A stretch of DNA of 63,854 nucleotides, counting the filler, from an uncultured bacterium (GTDB lineage: Bacteria; Hinthialibacterota; Hinthialibacteria; Hinthialibacterales; Hinthialibacteraceae), in the NCBI GenBank assembly GCA_964449065.1. It is 4 parts of 4 records of this genome, joined end to end, with 100 filler letters (N's around TTAATTAATTAA, not from the genome) between each part and the next. Parts side by side here need not be neighbours in the genome. Positions count along the whole stretch, not along the records: positions 1 to 16,784 come from CAYVAZ010000083.1; positions 16,885 to 33,317 come from CAYVAZ010000084.1; 2 more parts are not named here. One strand, written 5' to 3'. Made by a program: the position numbers and the translations under genes. Positions 8,349 to 18,312 of the stretch are shown here, piece by piece (position 1 is the stretch's first letter; each line of letters begins with the position of its first letter). A model generated the notes under the pieces. That model was given only the letters and a program-made list of their open reading frames with translations. It did no database searches and was not told the DNA's origin.

Positions 8349-11045
8349 ATGAGTACAACACCACACCCCCAATCCGTTGCCGATCAAGATTATTCGCCGA
8401 TGATGCAGCAGTACCTGCAGATGAAGGAGAAATGCGGCGACGCGATTCTATTATTCCGCTGCGGCGATTTTTATGAAATGTTTATGGATGACGCCGTTAA
8501 GGGATCAGAAATTTTGGATATCGCGCTCACCCGCAAGATGGTGGGTAAGGGGAAATCCGTCCCATTGGCAGGCATTCCCTATCATGCCGCGCAAAATTAT
8601 ATTTATAAACTCACCCGCACCGGCTGCCGCGTCGCGGTTTGCGAGCAGACAGAAGAGGCTCCGCAAAAAGGCAAAAAAGTCATCGAACGCGAAGTGGTAC
8701 GCACCATTTCCCCCGGCACGGTCATCGATTCGGATGTGATTGACAGCAAAGAAAACAATTATCTCGCCGCATTGTACGATGGCGGGATGAACGGCTGGGG
8801 GTTGGCCTGTGTCGATGTTACCACGGGTGAATTTCAAGCCACGTGGGAAAGCGGCGCCAACAGCAGTCGGCAAATTCTCAGTGAAATAGGCACGCTCACC
8901 CCCAGCGAAATCCTGCTTAGCCGGGAACTGGATACCGAGCAGAATTTGCAAAAAGAAATTCAGTCGCAATCGCAATGTATGTTTACGTATGTTTCACCGG
9001 CATCGTTTGATGCTTCCCAATTTAAGAAAAGAGAACTACAGGAAGAGTTGTTGGAGTCATCCGCAAGCCGGTCTGACAAAGAGATGGCCTATTGTGCAGG
9101 CAACGCGATATTGGCGTATTTGGATGAGCACCAAAAGGAAACACTGAATTACATTCAGTCCATCCAACTTTACCGCCGCAGCCGGTTCATGATGATCGAC
9201 AAAAATACCGAACGCAATCTCGAACTGCTGATCGGCATGGGGGATGGCGGGAAGAAGAACTCGCTGCTAGGGGTTTTGGATCTCACCGTGACCGCAATGG
9301 GGGGACGATTGCTTCGCCAATGGATATTACGGCCATTGCTGGATGTGGATGCGATTCAAAAACGCCAAAGCATGGTTGGCTTGCTGGTCGAACAACCGCA
9401 TCAGCGGGAAGAACTGCGCACCGCCCTTCGTTCCGTGCATGATGTCGAACGGCTTTTGGGACGGGTTACTTTCGGTAACGCCAATGCCCGCGATCTTACG
9501 GCAATCCGCACCACGTTGGAACAAATACCTACACTCAATCAAGTCCTTGCAGGATGCGGGGATCCTCCCACCATCAAACAAGCCTTGCTGCCAACTGATG
9601 ATAGCCAGAATAACGAGACCGTATCGCCCGGAGGCGAATTGCTGGATCCGGTGATGGAAGTCATGGAACTGTTGCAAGCGGCTTTGGTGGATGAGCCACC
9701 GCTTACGGTTCGGGAAGGCGGTATGATCCGCGAAGGATACGATGAAGAACTGGATGAACTGCGCGGCATCTCGAAAGACGGCCGAAGTTACATCGCCAAA
9801 TTGCAGGAAGAGGAACGGGCAAAAACGGGCATCCCCTCTTTAAAGGTCTCTTACAACAAAGTGTTTGGATACTACATCGAAGTCACTCACACGCACAAAG
9901 ACAAAGTGCCTGACAGTTACATCCGCAAGCAAACCCTTACCAATGCCGAACGCTTTATTACCCCGGAATTAAAAGAATTTGAGGCCAAGGTGTTGCACGC
10001 GGAAGACCGCATGAAAGAGGTGGAATATCAACTGCTGCAAACGTTATTGCAGGCCGTGTTGGGATACGCCCCACGATTGAAAACCATTGCTTCGATGCTG
10101 GCTAAGTTGGATGTGTATCACTGCCTGGCAGAGGCGGCTTCGCGCTATCAATACCAATGCCCGGAAGTGAATGACAGCGGCGATATCATCATCGACGAGG
10201 GAAGGCATCCGGTGGTGGAGCGGGTTCCGATAGTGGAATCGTTTGTTCCCAATGATACCCGGATGCTGCAAGATTCCGAGCAGATTCTAATGATCACCGG
10301 CCCCAATATGGCGGGGAAATCAACCTATATTCGGCAGGTAGCCTTGCTCACGTTGATGGCGCAGACCGGTTCGTTTATCCCGGCGCGGTCGGCTTCGATT
10401 GGAATTGTTGACCGCTTGTTCAGCCGGGTGGGTGCTTCGGATGACTTGGCACGGGGGCGCTCTACTTTCATGGTCGAAATGAGTGAAACCTCATACATTT
10501 TAAATAATGCCACTCCCAAAAGTTTAATTATTTTGGATGAAATCGGCCGGGGGACGAGCACATTTGACGGCATCTCTCTCGCTTGGTCGATTGTGGAATA
10601 TCTGCATGGCATTCGCGGCGGCAAAGGTGTCAAAACACTTTTCGCGACGCACTATCATGAAATCGCCGCTTTAGCCGAAACGCATAAGCGTGCCGTCAAC
10701 TATCATGTTCAAGTGAGTGAAGAAGGCAATCAAATCCGCTTTTTGTACCGGATCGGAAAAGGCCATACCGATCATTCGTATGGAATCCATGTCGCCGATT
10801 TGGCCGGGGTGCCGAAACGGGTGACGAACCGCGCCCGTAAAATTTTACAGCGCTTGGAGCGGGGCGAACATTTGGTGCAAAGCGTTTCCAAGCAACAAAG
10901 CGATGAACCGTTTCAGGTTTCGTTGTTTACCATGTTGGAGGAGCCGTTGCGTGCAAAACTGGCGGATATCGACCTGGATACACTCTCTCCTGTAGAAGCG
11001 TGGCAAGTACTTTCGGAACTGGTCAACGAGGCGAAAAACGGGTAA
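8349..11045 (+). CDS. mutS: DNA mismatch repair protein MutS
   Basis: SPMMQQY, GDFYEMF, TGPNMAGKST, STFMVEM, LDEIGRGTST, FATHYHE. Confidence 0.98.
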   Translation: MSTTPHPQSVADQDYSPMMQQYLQMKEKCGDAILLFRCGDFYEMFMDDAVKGSEILDIALTRKMVGKGKSVPLAGIPYHAAQNYIYKLTRTGCRVAVCEQTEEAPQKGKKVIEREVVRTISPGTVIDSDVIDSKENNYLAALYDGGMNGWGLACVDVTTGEFQATWESGANSSRQILSEIGTLTPSEILLSRELDTEQNLQKEIQSQSQCMFTYVSPASFDASQFKKRELQEELLESSASRSDKEMAYCAGNAILAYLDEHQKETLNYIQSIQLYRRSRFMMIDKNTERNLELLIGMGDGGKKNSLLGVLDLTVTAMGGRLLRQWILRPLLDVDAIQKRQSMVGLLVEQPHQREELRTALRSVHDVERLLGRVTFGNANARDLTAIRTTLEQIPTLNQVLAGCGDPPTIKQALLPTDDSQNNETVSPGGELLDPVMEVMELLQAALVDEPPLTVREGGMIREGYDEELDELRGISKDGRSYIAKLQEEERAKTGIPSLKVSYNKVFGYYIEVTHTHKDKVPDSYIRKQTLTNAERFITPELKEFEAKVLHAEDRMKEVEYQLLQTLLQAVLGYAPRLKTIASMLAKLDVYHCLAEAASRYQYQCPEVNDSGDIIIDEGRHPVVERVPIVESFVPNDTRMLQDSEQILMITGPNMAGKSTYIRQVALLTLMAQTGSFIPARSASIGIVDRLFSRVGASDDLARGRSTFMVEMSETSYILNNATPKSLIILDEIGRGTSTFDGISLAWSIVEYLHGIRGGKGVKTLFATHYHEIAALAETHKRAVNYHVQVSEEGNQIRFLYRIGKGHTDHSYGIHVADLAGVPKRVTNRARKILQRLERGEHLVQSVSKQQSDEPFQVSLFTMLEEPLRAKLADIDLDTLSPVEAWQVLSELVNEAKNG

Positions 11046-11097
11046 ACTCATTGATACAGTTACTGATATCACGATCATGATTACATGAGGTTAATCC

Positions 11098-11886
11098 ATG
11101 CCGAATAATGTTTGGGACTATATAGAGATCGATGAATCGGGCTTATCTCCTTGCCGCAATTGCGGCCAGGAAATGATCGCGACTTTACCGCATTGTAAAA
11201 TGTGCGATAAGCATATGAATACCTCCATCCTGCCGATTTGCCGTTCGTTTTTAACCAAAAATCAACGGGAAATTACCGATTTAAAGTCGCAAACCAAGGG
11301 CGATATGGAAAAACTTCAGGATAAAAAAAATCTGCGTGAAGTGGCGATTGCTAAGGTACTGGATCAGTTCCCTTTTGACCTATCGGCAAAGACCTCCAAG
11401 TTCCAAAAAATGCTGGATACGGATGGGGTGTGGTTTGCACATGTTAACAGTTTTTTAATGGTCAAAAACCTGCGTCCACTGGGGACAGACATCAAGGATT
11501 TGGTAAAAGAACCGTTATACAAAATGATGCGGGAAACGTTTTATGATTTTCTCAAAAAAGGAGAAAAATCATTAGACCAAGAAGCACGGGAAACCATCAT
11601 GAATGTGTACCGCATTCCAAAATCCAATTTGGACGGCAGTAAAGTCATTTTGAACATGATTCAAGAACTGGAACGGCAAGAGAAGATTCAAATTTACCGC
11701 GAAAAGAACAAATGCATAAAATGTGGAGCGGAATGTGAAACCGGCCAGATACACTGCACGGAATGCGAAGACGAAGAAGCGTTAAAAAACCGCCAAGCCA
11801 TATCTTCCAACATGCCCGCTCCTATTTTGCAGCCACAGCAGCCGGTTTCCCGGTCTTCCGGCATGCACATGAAAAAAGATACATAG
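11098..11886 (+). CDS. Hypothetical protein with N- and C-terminal double CxxC zinc ribbons (YvyF-like layout)
   Basis: CRNC..CKMC at the N-terminus and CIKC..CTEC near the C-terminus; SD GAGG. Confidence 0.65.
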   Translation: MPNNVWDYIEIDESGLSPCRNCGQEMIATLPHCKMCDKHMNTSILPICRSFLTKNQREITDLKSQTKGDMEKLQDKKNLREVAIAKVLDQFPFDLSAKTSKFQKMLDTDGVWFAHVNSFLMVKNLRPLGTDIKDLVKEPLYKMMRETFYDFLKKGEKSLDQEARETIMNVYRIPKSNLDGSKVILNMIQELERQEKIQIYREKNKCIKCGAECETGQIHCTECEDEEALKNRQAISSNMPAPILQPQQPVSRSSGMHMKKDT

Positions 11887-11888
11887 AT

Positions 11889-13796
11889 TTATTTCACGAC
11901 CTTCCATAACCCGACCTCTACCGTTCCATAACGGTAAGTTTGTACATGCTGAACCCAATCCGGTGGATTTTCAAACAGCGGTTCAACGGCTTGAGGATCC
12001 GCATATTGCAGCAGCCATTTTCCGCGCGGAAGCAACAGCAAATCGTATCCCTGTTCGAGGCAGATTTCCCGCAAACGTTCTAACGATTCAAACACGACGT
12101 TCCCATCATCCGTAAACAAATGCCGTTCATAAATACGTTTTGACCAATTGTGTTTTGCAAGGTAAAACTGGCTTGTATCGTTCCCCATCGGCGCGAACAC
12201 TTTCTCTTCCGGCTTTGTCCGTTCCATCAAATCAGGAATGATGATGTGATACGGAACATACGTACTTTCCCAGTTCGAAAAGTTTATATAAGAGCGGTCT
12301 CCCATTGCCCTGCCCCACTCATACGGTGTATGCTCACGCGGCATCCACAAACACACCCATATCAAATAGGCGGGAATCAATCCGTAAAATAAGCAATAGC
12401 GTAGGGTACGTTGGGGGGGGATAATACGGTCTAAAAATAAAGCCGCGGCAACAATTAAACCCAAGTAGTAGGGCAACGCCTGCCGGACATTGAAATACGC
12501 CATTGACATCACCGTAAGGATCATATGCGGAATCACCCAACTGATCCAATAGGGAAGAAAACGGCTGCGTGAAAACATAACAAATATACTTCCCGCTAAA
12601 AATGCAATGAATACAGCATACGTGACTCCTTGCGGTATGGCTTCGATGTTGTCGGTAAAACGGCTCCAATTGGGCATCACTATTTTGCTAGGGGTATCAC
12701 TGCTGAAGGAAGAAAGTTTGAGGTAAAGATAAAAAGTCACGGTTGGGATAGTGTTCGCGAGGATTTCTTTGCCATATTGTGAGAGCGGTTTTGAGGTTCC
12801 CTCTCTTAAAGCATTCCATACCCACATCACCGCGAAGGCAGGAATGACAATCACGTTGGTGTGTTTATACAAACAGCCCATCGTGGCCATGAATGAACCC
12901 GTCATCAAATCATAAGAGTCCCCTTTTTCCCAATAGCGAATCCAATAGAAAAAAGTGGCGAGTACAAAAAATAAACTCCCACCTTCAATCAGGTGCGTGT
13001 TGCCGTAATGAAAAATCGGCGGCAATAGCAAAAACACGATCGCGGACAGCCGTGCCGCATGAATCGAACCGAACAGCCTTGCGGTTTGATAGATGTAATA
13101 CGCCCCGCCATAAAACAAGATTAATTGCAGCACCCTTCCGACCCATTCCTGGATGCCGAAGAGGATGTAGAGCGGAATCAGCATCAGTTTGGAAATGGGC
13201 TGATAGCGGAAGATGGTTTCGATATCGCCGAAGCGATCCGGGAGAGCGGTGACTTTAACCGTATAAACATACGCGGCAGTGATGAGGATTAAACCAAAAA
13301 AGAGCAGCCATAGCCTATCAAAACACCGGGATGAAATACGTTGAATCCCATGAAAAATTGAAGAGCGGATCGATGAGGAAATCAAAAGAATGAACACGAT
13401 CAGAACCATTAAGGGGATTAAAACATAGGAAACTGGAAACCCTATAATGGAAGATAACGGCGAAATAACTTTTGAAGCCACCAAAGCAGGTACGGAGGCA
13501 TGATCAATCATATCCAATCCGGTGATCACGGGTAAATTTAAAAAGGGGATGTGAAGAATGCTGACGACGGCAAAGAGGAGAATCCAAAACCATCGATCGT
13601 GCTGAGTGGGTTGCTGTTCCTGTCTTTCAACAGATAAGTAGCGAAAGGCATATCCCATTACCACTCCAATCACCATTAGCCCGCAAGCCATCCACAGGCG
13701 AAGAGAATCATGTTGGGGGATATACCACAATGGATACCACAAAAAACACGCCCACCATATAAGTATGAATAAAAAAACTTGCAGTTGTTTGCTCAT
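11889..13796 (-). CDS. Polytopic membrane glycosyltransferase (ArnT/PMT GT-C like)
   Basis: Many TM helices, YQP-type motif, LFGIQEWVGR, soluble C-terminal domain. Confidence 0.7.
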   Translation of the reverse strand: MSKQLQVFLFILIWWACFLWYPLWYIPQHDSLRLWMACGLMVIGVVMGYAFRYLSVERQEQQPTQHDRWFWILLFAVVSILHIPFLNLPVITGLDMIDHASVPALVASKVISPLSSIIGFPVSYVLIPLMVLIVFILLISSSIRSSIFHGIQRISSRCFDRLWLLFFGLILITAAYVYTVKVTALPDRFGDIETIFRYQPISKLMLIPLYILFGIQEWVGRVLQLILFYGGAYYIYQTARLFGSIHAARLSAIVFLLLPPIFHYGNTHLIEGGSLFFVLATFFYWIRYWEKGDSYDLMTGSFMATMGCLYKHTNVIVIPAFAVMWVWNALREGTSKPLSQYGKEILANTIPTVTFYLYLKLSSFSSDTPSKIVMPNWSRFTDNIEAIPQGVTYAVFIAFLAGSIFVMFSRSRFLPYWISWVIPHMILTVMSMAYFNVRQALPYYLGLIVAAALFLDRIIPPQRTLRYCLFYGLIPAYLIWVCLWMPREHTPYEWGRAMGDRSYINFSNWESTYVPYHIIIPDLMERTKPEEKVFAPMGNDTSQFYLAKHNWSKRIYERHLFTDDGNVVFESLERLREICLEQGYDLLLLPRGKWLLQYADPQAVEPLFENPPDWVQHVQTYRYGTVEVGLWKVVK

Positions 13797-13838
13797 AGGT
13801 TTGAGATTGTATGAGTACAGTTGAGATTGTCGAGGTGA

Positions 13839-14153
13839 TTAGGGGTTGTATTTTTCATCCAGTAAATATACATCGACGATGGAATCCAAGCGGGATACTT
13901 TGAGGATTTCGGCGACATGCGGGCGGGCCAGGACGCGTATTGTTTTGTCTTGGTCTTTGATGTTTTGCCATACTCGTACCACGATCCCCAAAATACGGCT
14001 GTTCATGCCCTGCAAATCGCGGAAGTCGAATACGACGGAATCCTGCGTAACGTTTTTCGTCTTTATCAACATGTCTTCCATAAACGCTTCTGCCGCCTTG
14101 GGATCAATCCGCCCTTTCACATGAATGTACATGGCTTCACTAATATCATACAT
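13839..14153 (-). CDS. STAS domain anti-sigma factor antagonist
   Basis: VVFDFRDLQGMNSRILG...VAEILKVSRLD; start chosen after SD AGGAGA. Confidence 0.8.
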   Translation of the reverse strand: MYDISEAMYIHVKGRIDPKAAEAFMEDMLIKTKNVTQDSVVFDFRDLQGMNSRILGIVVRVWQNIKDQDKTIRVLARPHVAEILKVSRLDSIVDVYLLDEKYNP

Positions 14154-14197
14154 GAACGTTTCTCCTGCAGAAAATGCACCCATAACCGATAGCCTAT

Positions 14198-14674
14198 CTA
14201 GCCTATTCGTTCTACATCCGTATAAGACACCTTCCACCGCTGCTTTATTTTAACCAAATCGATCACGATTTGCAGACGCCTGCCGCTGAATTGGTTCAAC
14301 CGGGAACTTCCAAACGCTCCGCCCGATTCCATATCCGCGTCGATTTTACATTCCACGGCTACCTTTGCTTTATCTTCATTTAACTCGATATCAACACTAT
14401 ACATTTGAATGGTGCGGGATGATGTCGCGTCAAAAAAGAAACGCAGCGTTTGTAAGACTTGCGCCTTATCCGCACCGCCGCGGTCAGTATAACCCGGGGC
14501 GAAAACATCCGACAAGGTTAAAATCGATCCGCTTTCAAAGCCGTGCTTGCTTTTTTGAACCAACCGGTGAATGCGGTCTTCATCCGTGATCAAGACGTAG
14601 GTGAAGATAAACCACGCACCGATTATCAGCAATGCCAAACCACCGATGAATACAAAAACATTACGCATTTCCAA
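14198..14674 (-). CDS. Membrane-anchored hypothetical protein (NTF2-like fold possible)
   Basis: N-terminal TM helix, TDEDRI motif, C-terminal LVK...WKV strand pattern. Confidence 0.6.
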   Translation of the reverse strand: MEMRNVFVFIGGLALLIIGAWFIFTYVLITDEDRIHRLVQKSKHGFESGSILTLSDVFAPGYTDRGGADKAQVLQTLRFFFDATSSRTIQMYSVDIELNEDKAKVAVECKIDADMESGGAFGSSRLNQFSGRRLQIVIDLVKIKQRWKVSYTDVERIG

Positions 14675-14722
14675 TACTCCAAGGATTAGGGATCAATACA
14701 ATATAGCATAATAAATAAGGCT

Positions 14723-15376
14723 TCACATCAATCCCTCCCATTCATCGTAAAAGCGGGAGAGGAACTCGATCATAAACTGATGGCGGTCTTGTGCGATTTG
14801 TTTCGCTGCCCGTGTATTCATACGATCCTTCAGCAATAACAGTTTCTCATAAAAGTGATGCAGGGTTGTTCCTTTAGAAGCCTTATATTCCTCAAACGAG
14901 TTATGCATGGTGTGTTCCGTATCGGGATCATGCATCATGCTTCCCTTATGGCCGCCAAAGGCAAACGTACGCGCAATCCCAATCGCGCCGATAGCATCAA
15001 GACGGTCAGCATCCTGCACAATCTTGCCTTCCAAGGTCTTCATTGGCGTTTTAACATTTGCTCCCTTGAAAGAGACGGTTTGGATGATATCTTCCACCTG
15101 CTGGATCATGTCATCTTCGACTGCGATTGATTCCAGCCATTTGCGCGCCGCTTTCGGCCCGGCGGTTTCATCGCCATCATGAAACTTCCAATCCGCGATG
15201 TCATGCAGCAGGGCCGCCAGCTGGATCACGAATAAATCCCCCTGCTCTTCCTTCCCCAACCGAATCGCCATCTGCCATACGCGGTAGACATGCCACCAAT
15301 CATGGCCGCTGCCTTCGCCGCTCATCTTTTCTTTTACATAGTCAGCGGTTTTCTTTACACAATCTTCCCGGTTCAT
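14723..15376 (-). CDS. HD-domain phosphohydrolase
   Basis: GHDWWHVYRV, ALLHDIAD, QDADRLDAIGAIG, HFYEKLL. Confidence 0.92.
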   Translation of the reverse strand: MNREDCVKKTADYVKEKMSGEGSGHDWWHVYRVWQMAIRLGKEEQGDLFVIQLAALLHDIADWKFHDGDETAGPKAARKWLESIAVEDDMIQQVEDIIQTVSFKGANVKTPMKTLEGKIVQDADRLDAIGAIGIARTFAFGGHKGSMMHDPDTEHTMHNSFEEYKASKGTTLHHFYEKLLLLKDRMNTRAAKQIAQDRHQFMIEFLSRFYDEWEGLM

Positions 15377-15445
15377 CGTTTACCTGACACTTAGTATGAT
15401 ATGGCGATATATTGTACGTAAACTTGAACAATACAAAGAGGAACC

Positions 15446-16784
15446 ATGACCAACCGACGCCGATTTGCCAAAACCCTTCTTGGAGCCGCTCTTGCGCCCA
15501 CCATCATTCCCGCGAAAGTCTTGGGACAGCAGGCACCCAGCAACCTTGTCACGATGGGCATCATCGGGATTGGATTCATCGGGCAGGATATGACCCGCGG
15601 TTTTGTAAACGATGACCGCACCCGCGTTTTGGCGGTGTGCGATGTCAATCGCGAAAGTCTGGGCTATTGGAACGGCGGTGCCGGCGGCCGTGAAGTCGGC
15701 AAGCGCATTGTCAACGCGCACTACCAAAATGAAGACTGCATTCCTTATTCCGATTACAGAGACATGATGGCCAATGATGACATCGACTCGGTCGTCATCT
15801 GCACGCCCGACCATTGGCACGCTATCATCGCGATTGCGGCGGCCCGTGCCGGCAAGGATATCTACTGCCAAAAACCGCTGGCGCTTACCATTAACGAAGG
15901 CCGCGCCATCGTCAACGAAGTGAACAAAGCCGGGGTCGTCTGGCTGACCGGAACGCAGCAGCGTTCCGACTTCAATTTTCGGCGCGCTTGTGAACTTGCC
16001 ATCAACGGACGGATCGGCAAAGTGCATACCGTGCATGTCGGCCTGCCCGGCGGTACACCGGACTTCAGCACCAACGGCAATAAAACCGAACCGGTTCCGG
16101 TGCCGGAGGGGTTTGATTACGATCTGTGGCTGGGACAAGCTCCGGAAGCGCCGTACAGCCCGGCACGCTGCTTTGTGAATTTCCGCTGGATTTACGATTA
16201 TGCCGGCGGAATGATTACCGACTGGGGAGCCCATCACATCGACATCGCGCACTGGGGCATGCAGACCACCAAAACGGGACCGTTCCGCATAAAGAATGCG
16301 CGCGCGACCTTCCAAACCAACCACCCGCTCTACAACACCGCGACGGATTATTATTACGAAGCCGAATACGCCAACGGTATCACCATGACGGTATCCAACA
16401 CCAACCGTGGAGGCGTGACCTTCGTGGGAACAGAGGGCTGGGTATGGGCCAACCGGGGCGTGCATGAAGCTTCTTCACCTGAAATACTGAATGCAGTGAT
16501 TGGGGATGATGAAGTGAAACTGCCGGTCAGCAACAATCACCTGCGCCATTTCATCGACAGCGTGCTTGCTCGTTCCGAAGAAACGGTTGCCCCGGTAGAA
16601 GACGCCCACCGTTCGATCACAGTCGGGCATTTGGGAAATATCGCCATCCGTTTGGGACGTACGAATTTGCAATGGGATCCGGACAAAGAGCATGTTATCA
16701 ATGATGCATCGGCTGAATTGATGACCCGGCGCGACAAACGCCCGCCGTGGGGAGATGATTTCCCGGCGGGGACATCGATTGCGC
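15446..16784 (+). CDS. Gfo/Idh/MocA oxidoreductase with Tat signal, 3'-truncated at contig end
   Basis: NRRRF, GIIGIG, TPDHWH, YCQKP, DWGAHHID. Confidence 0.9.
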
Positions 16785-16884
16785 NNNNNNNNNNNNNNNN
16801 NNNNNNNNNNNNNNNNNNNNNNNNNNNNTTAATTAATTAANNNNNNNNNNNNNNNNNNNNNNNNNNNNNNNNNNNNNNNNNNNN
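16785..16884. other. Artificial contig linker
   Basis: N44-TTAATTAATTAA-N44, with stops in all six frames. Confidence 0.95.
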
Positions 16885-17037
16885 TTTGCGGACCGGGTTG
16901 TGATGCCTTGTACTCATGGTAAAACCCTGGAAGAGACGATACAAAGCGGTGAAGAAGTGATTGAAATGTACTTAGAAGCTTGGAAGGAAGAGGGGGAAGA
17001 TATCCCCGAACCCAGTACGCTTCAGGCGGCCTTATGA
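16885..17037 (+). CDS. HicB-family antitoxin, 5'-truncated at contig start
   Basis: ...PCTHGKTLEETIQSGEEVIEMYLEAWKEEGEDIPEP. Confidence 0.8.
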   Translation, partial: FADRVVMPCTHGKTLEETIQSGEEVIEMYLEAWKEEGEDIPEPSTLQAAL

Positions 17038-17157
17038 TTAAGGAATTGAGGAAAGACCGGATTCCATACGTAAATATATCCCAAGGTACATCCCTACCTT
17101 TGTCAGTTTACATCTTTCCATGATATGATAATGCTATTGAAATTATGGAGGAAAATT

Positions 17158-18279
17158 ATGCAAAAAATACTGGTATCATTCTTTGCTGTACTCGTTGTTA
17201 CCGTGCAGTCTTATGCGGTAGATGTCACTCCGTTGCCGCTGGGCGCACAGGCGCCAGACTTTAACCTGCCCGGTGTAGATGGGAAGACGCATGCGCTCGG
17301 CGATTTTGCGGACGCGAACGTGCTGGTGGTGGTGTTTACCTGCAACCACTGCCCGACCGCGCAGGCCTATGAGCCGCGATTGATGGAATACACCCGCGAA
17401 TATAAAAGCAAAGGCGTTCAATTTGTAATGATCTCACCCAACGATGACAAAGCGGTGCGGTTGGATGAATTGGGCTATACCGATCTCAACGATTCGCTGG
17501 AAGACATGAAACTGCGCGCTGAAGACAAAGGCTTTAATTTCCCTTATTTGTATGATGGAGAAACTCAAAAAGTCTCAATAGCATACGGCGCGGTAGCGAC
17601 CCCGCACGCGTTTGTGTTTGATGAAAGCCGCAAGCTGCGCTACCGGGGGGCGGTCGATAATAGTGAGAATCCCGCGAAGGTGGAGAAGCATTTTATGACC
17701 GATGCCATTGATGCCGTGCTGGCAGGCAAAGAAGTTCCCGATGCGGAAACCAAACCGTTTGGGTGCTCGATCAAGTGGTCGGATAAACGGGAATCGGCAA
17801 AAGAATCGTTGGAGAAATGGAATCAGGAAACCGCCGAGTTAAAAGAACTGGATAAAGAAGGGCTTAAAGCGTTGATGAAGAATGATTCAGATGAACTGTA
17901 TGTGATCAACGTTTGGGCGACATGGTGCGCTCCCTGCGTGGAAGAGTTTCCCGATTTGATTGAAATCCACCGCATGTACCGCAAGCGCCCGTTTGAGTTA
18001 ATTACCATCTGCGCGGACCCCATCGAAAAGAAAGACAACGCGCTGAAGTTCTTAAACGAACAAAACGCATCCTGCACGAACTATATGTACGCGGAAAACG
18101 ACAAAGTTGAAATGATGGAAATGATTGACAAAAACGCGCCGGGCGCGATACCGTATACCATACTCGTGATGCCCGGTGGTGAAATCGTTTACCGGCATGT
18201 CGAGGCGATTGATCCCCTGGAAGTGAAGCGGGAAATTGTGAAACATATTGGGAATACGTATTTTAAAACCTTACAGTAA
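17158..18279 (+). CDS. Exported tandem redoxin/thioredoxin-like protein
   Basis: Signal peptide; FTCNHCP and WATWCAPC motifs; SD GGAGG. Confidence 0.88.
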   Translation: MQKILVSFFAVLVVTVQSYAVDVTPLPLGAQAPDFNLPGVDGKTHALGDFADANVLVVVFTCNHCPTAQAYEPRLMEYTREYKSKGVQFVMISPNDDKAVRLDELGYTDLNDSLEDMKLRAEDKGFNFPYLYDGETQKVSIAYGAVATPHAFVFDESRKLRYRGAVDNSENPAKVEKHFMTDAIDAVLAGKEVPDAETKPFGCSIKWSDKRESAKESLEKWNQETAELKELDKEGLKALMKNDSDELYVINVWATWCAPCVEEFPDLIEIHRMYRKRPFELITICADPIEKKDNALKFLNEQNASCTNYMYAENDKVEMMEMIDKNAPGAIPYTILVMPGGEIVYRHVEAIDPLEVKREIVKHIGNTYFKTLQ

Positions 18280-18312
18280 TAGTACAACCTTACAGTAATA
18301 GAAGGAGAATGC

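Noticed and set aside
15380..16465. 361-aa antisense ORF
   Set aside because: Shadow of the Gfo/Idh/MocA gene with no recognisable motifs
16829..16840. TTAATTAATTAA repeated three times in the window
   Set aside because: It is always embedded in Ns. It is an artificial six-frame-stop contig linker, so neighbourhoods across it are invalid
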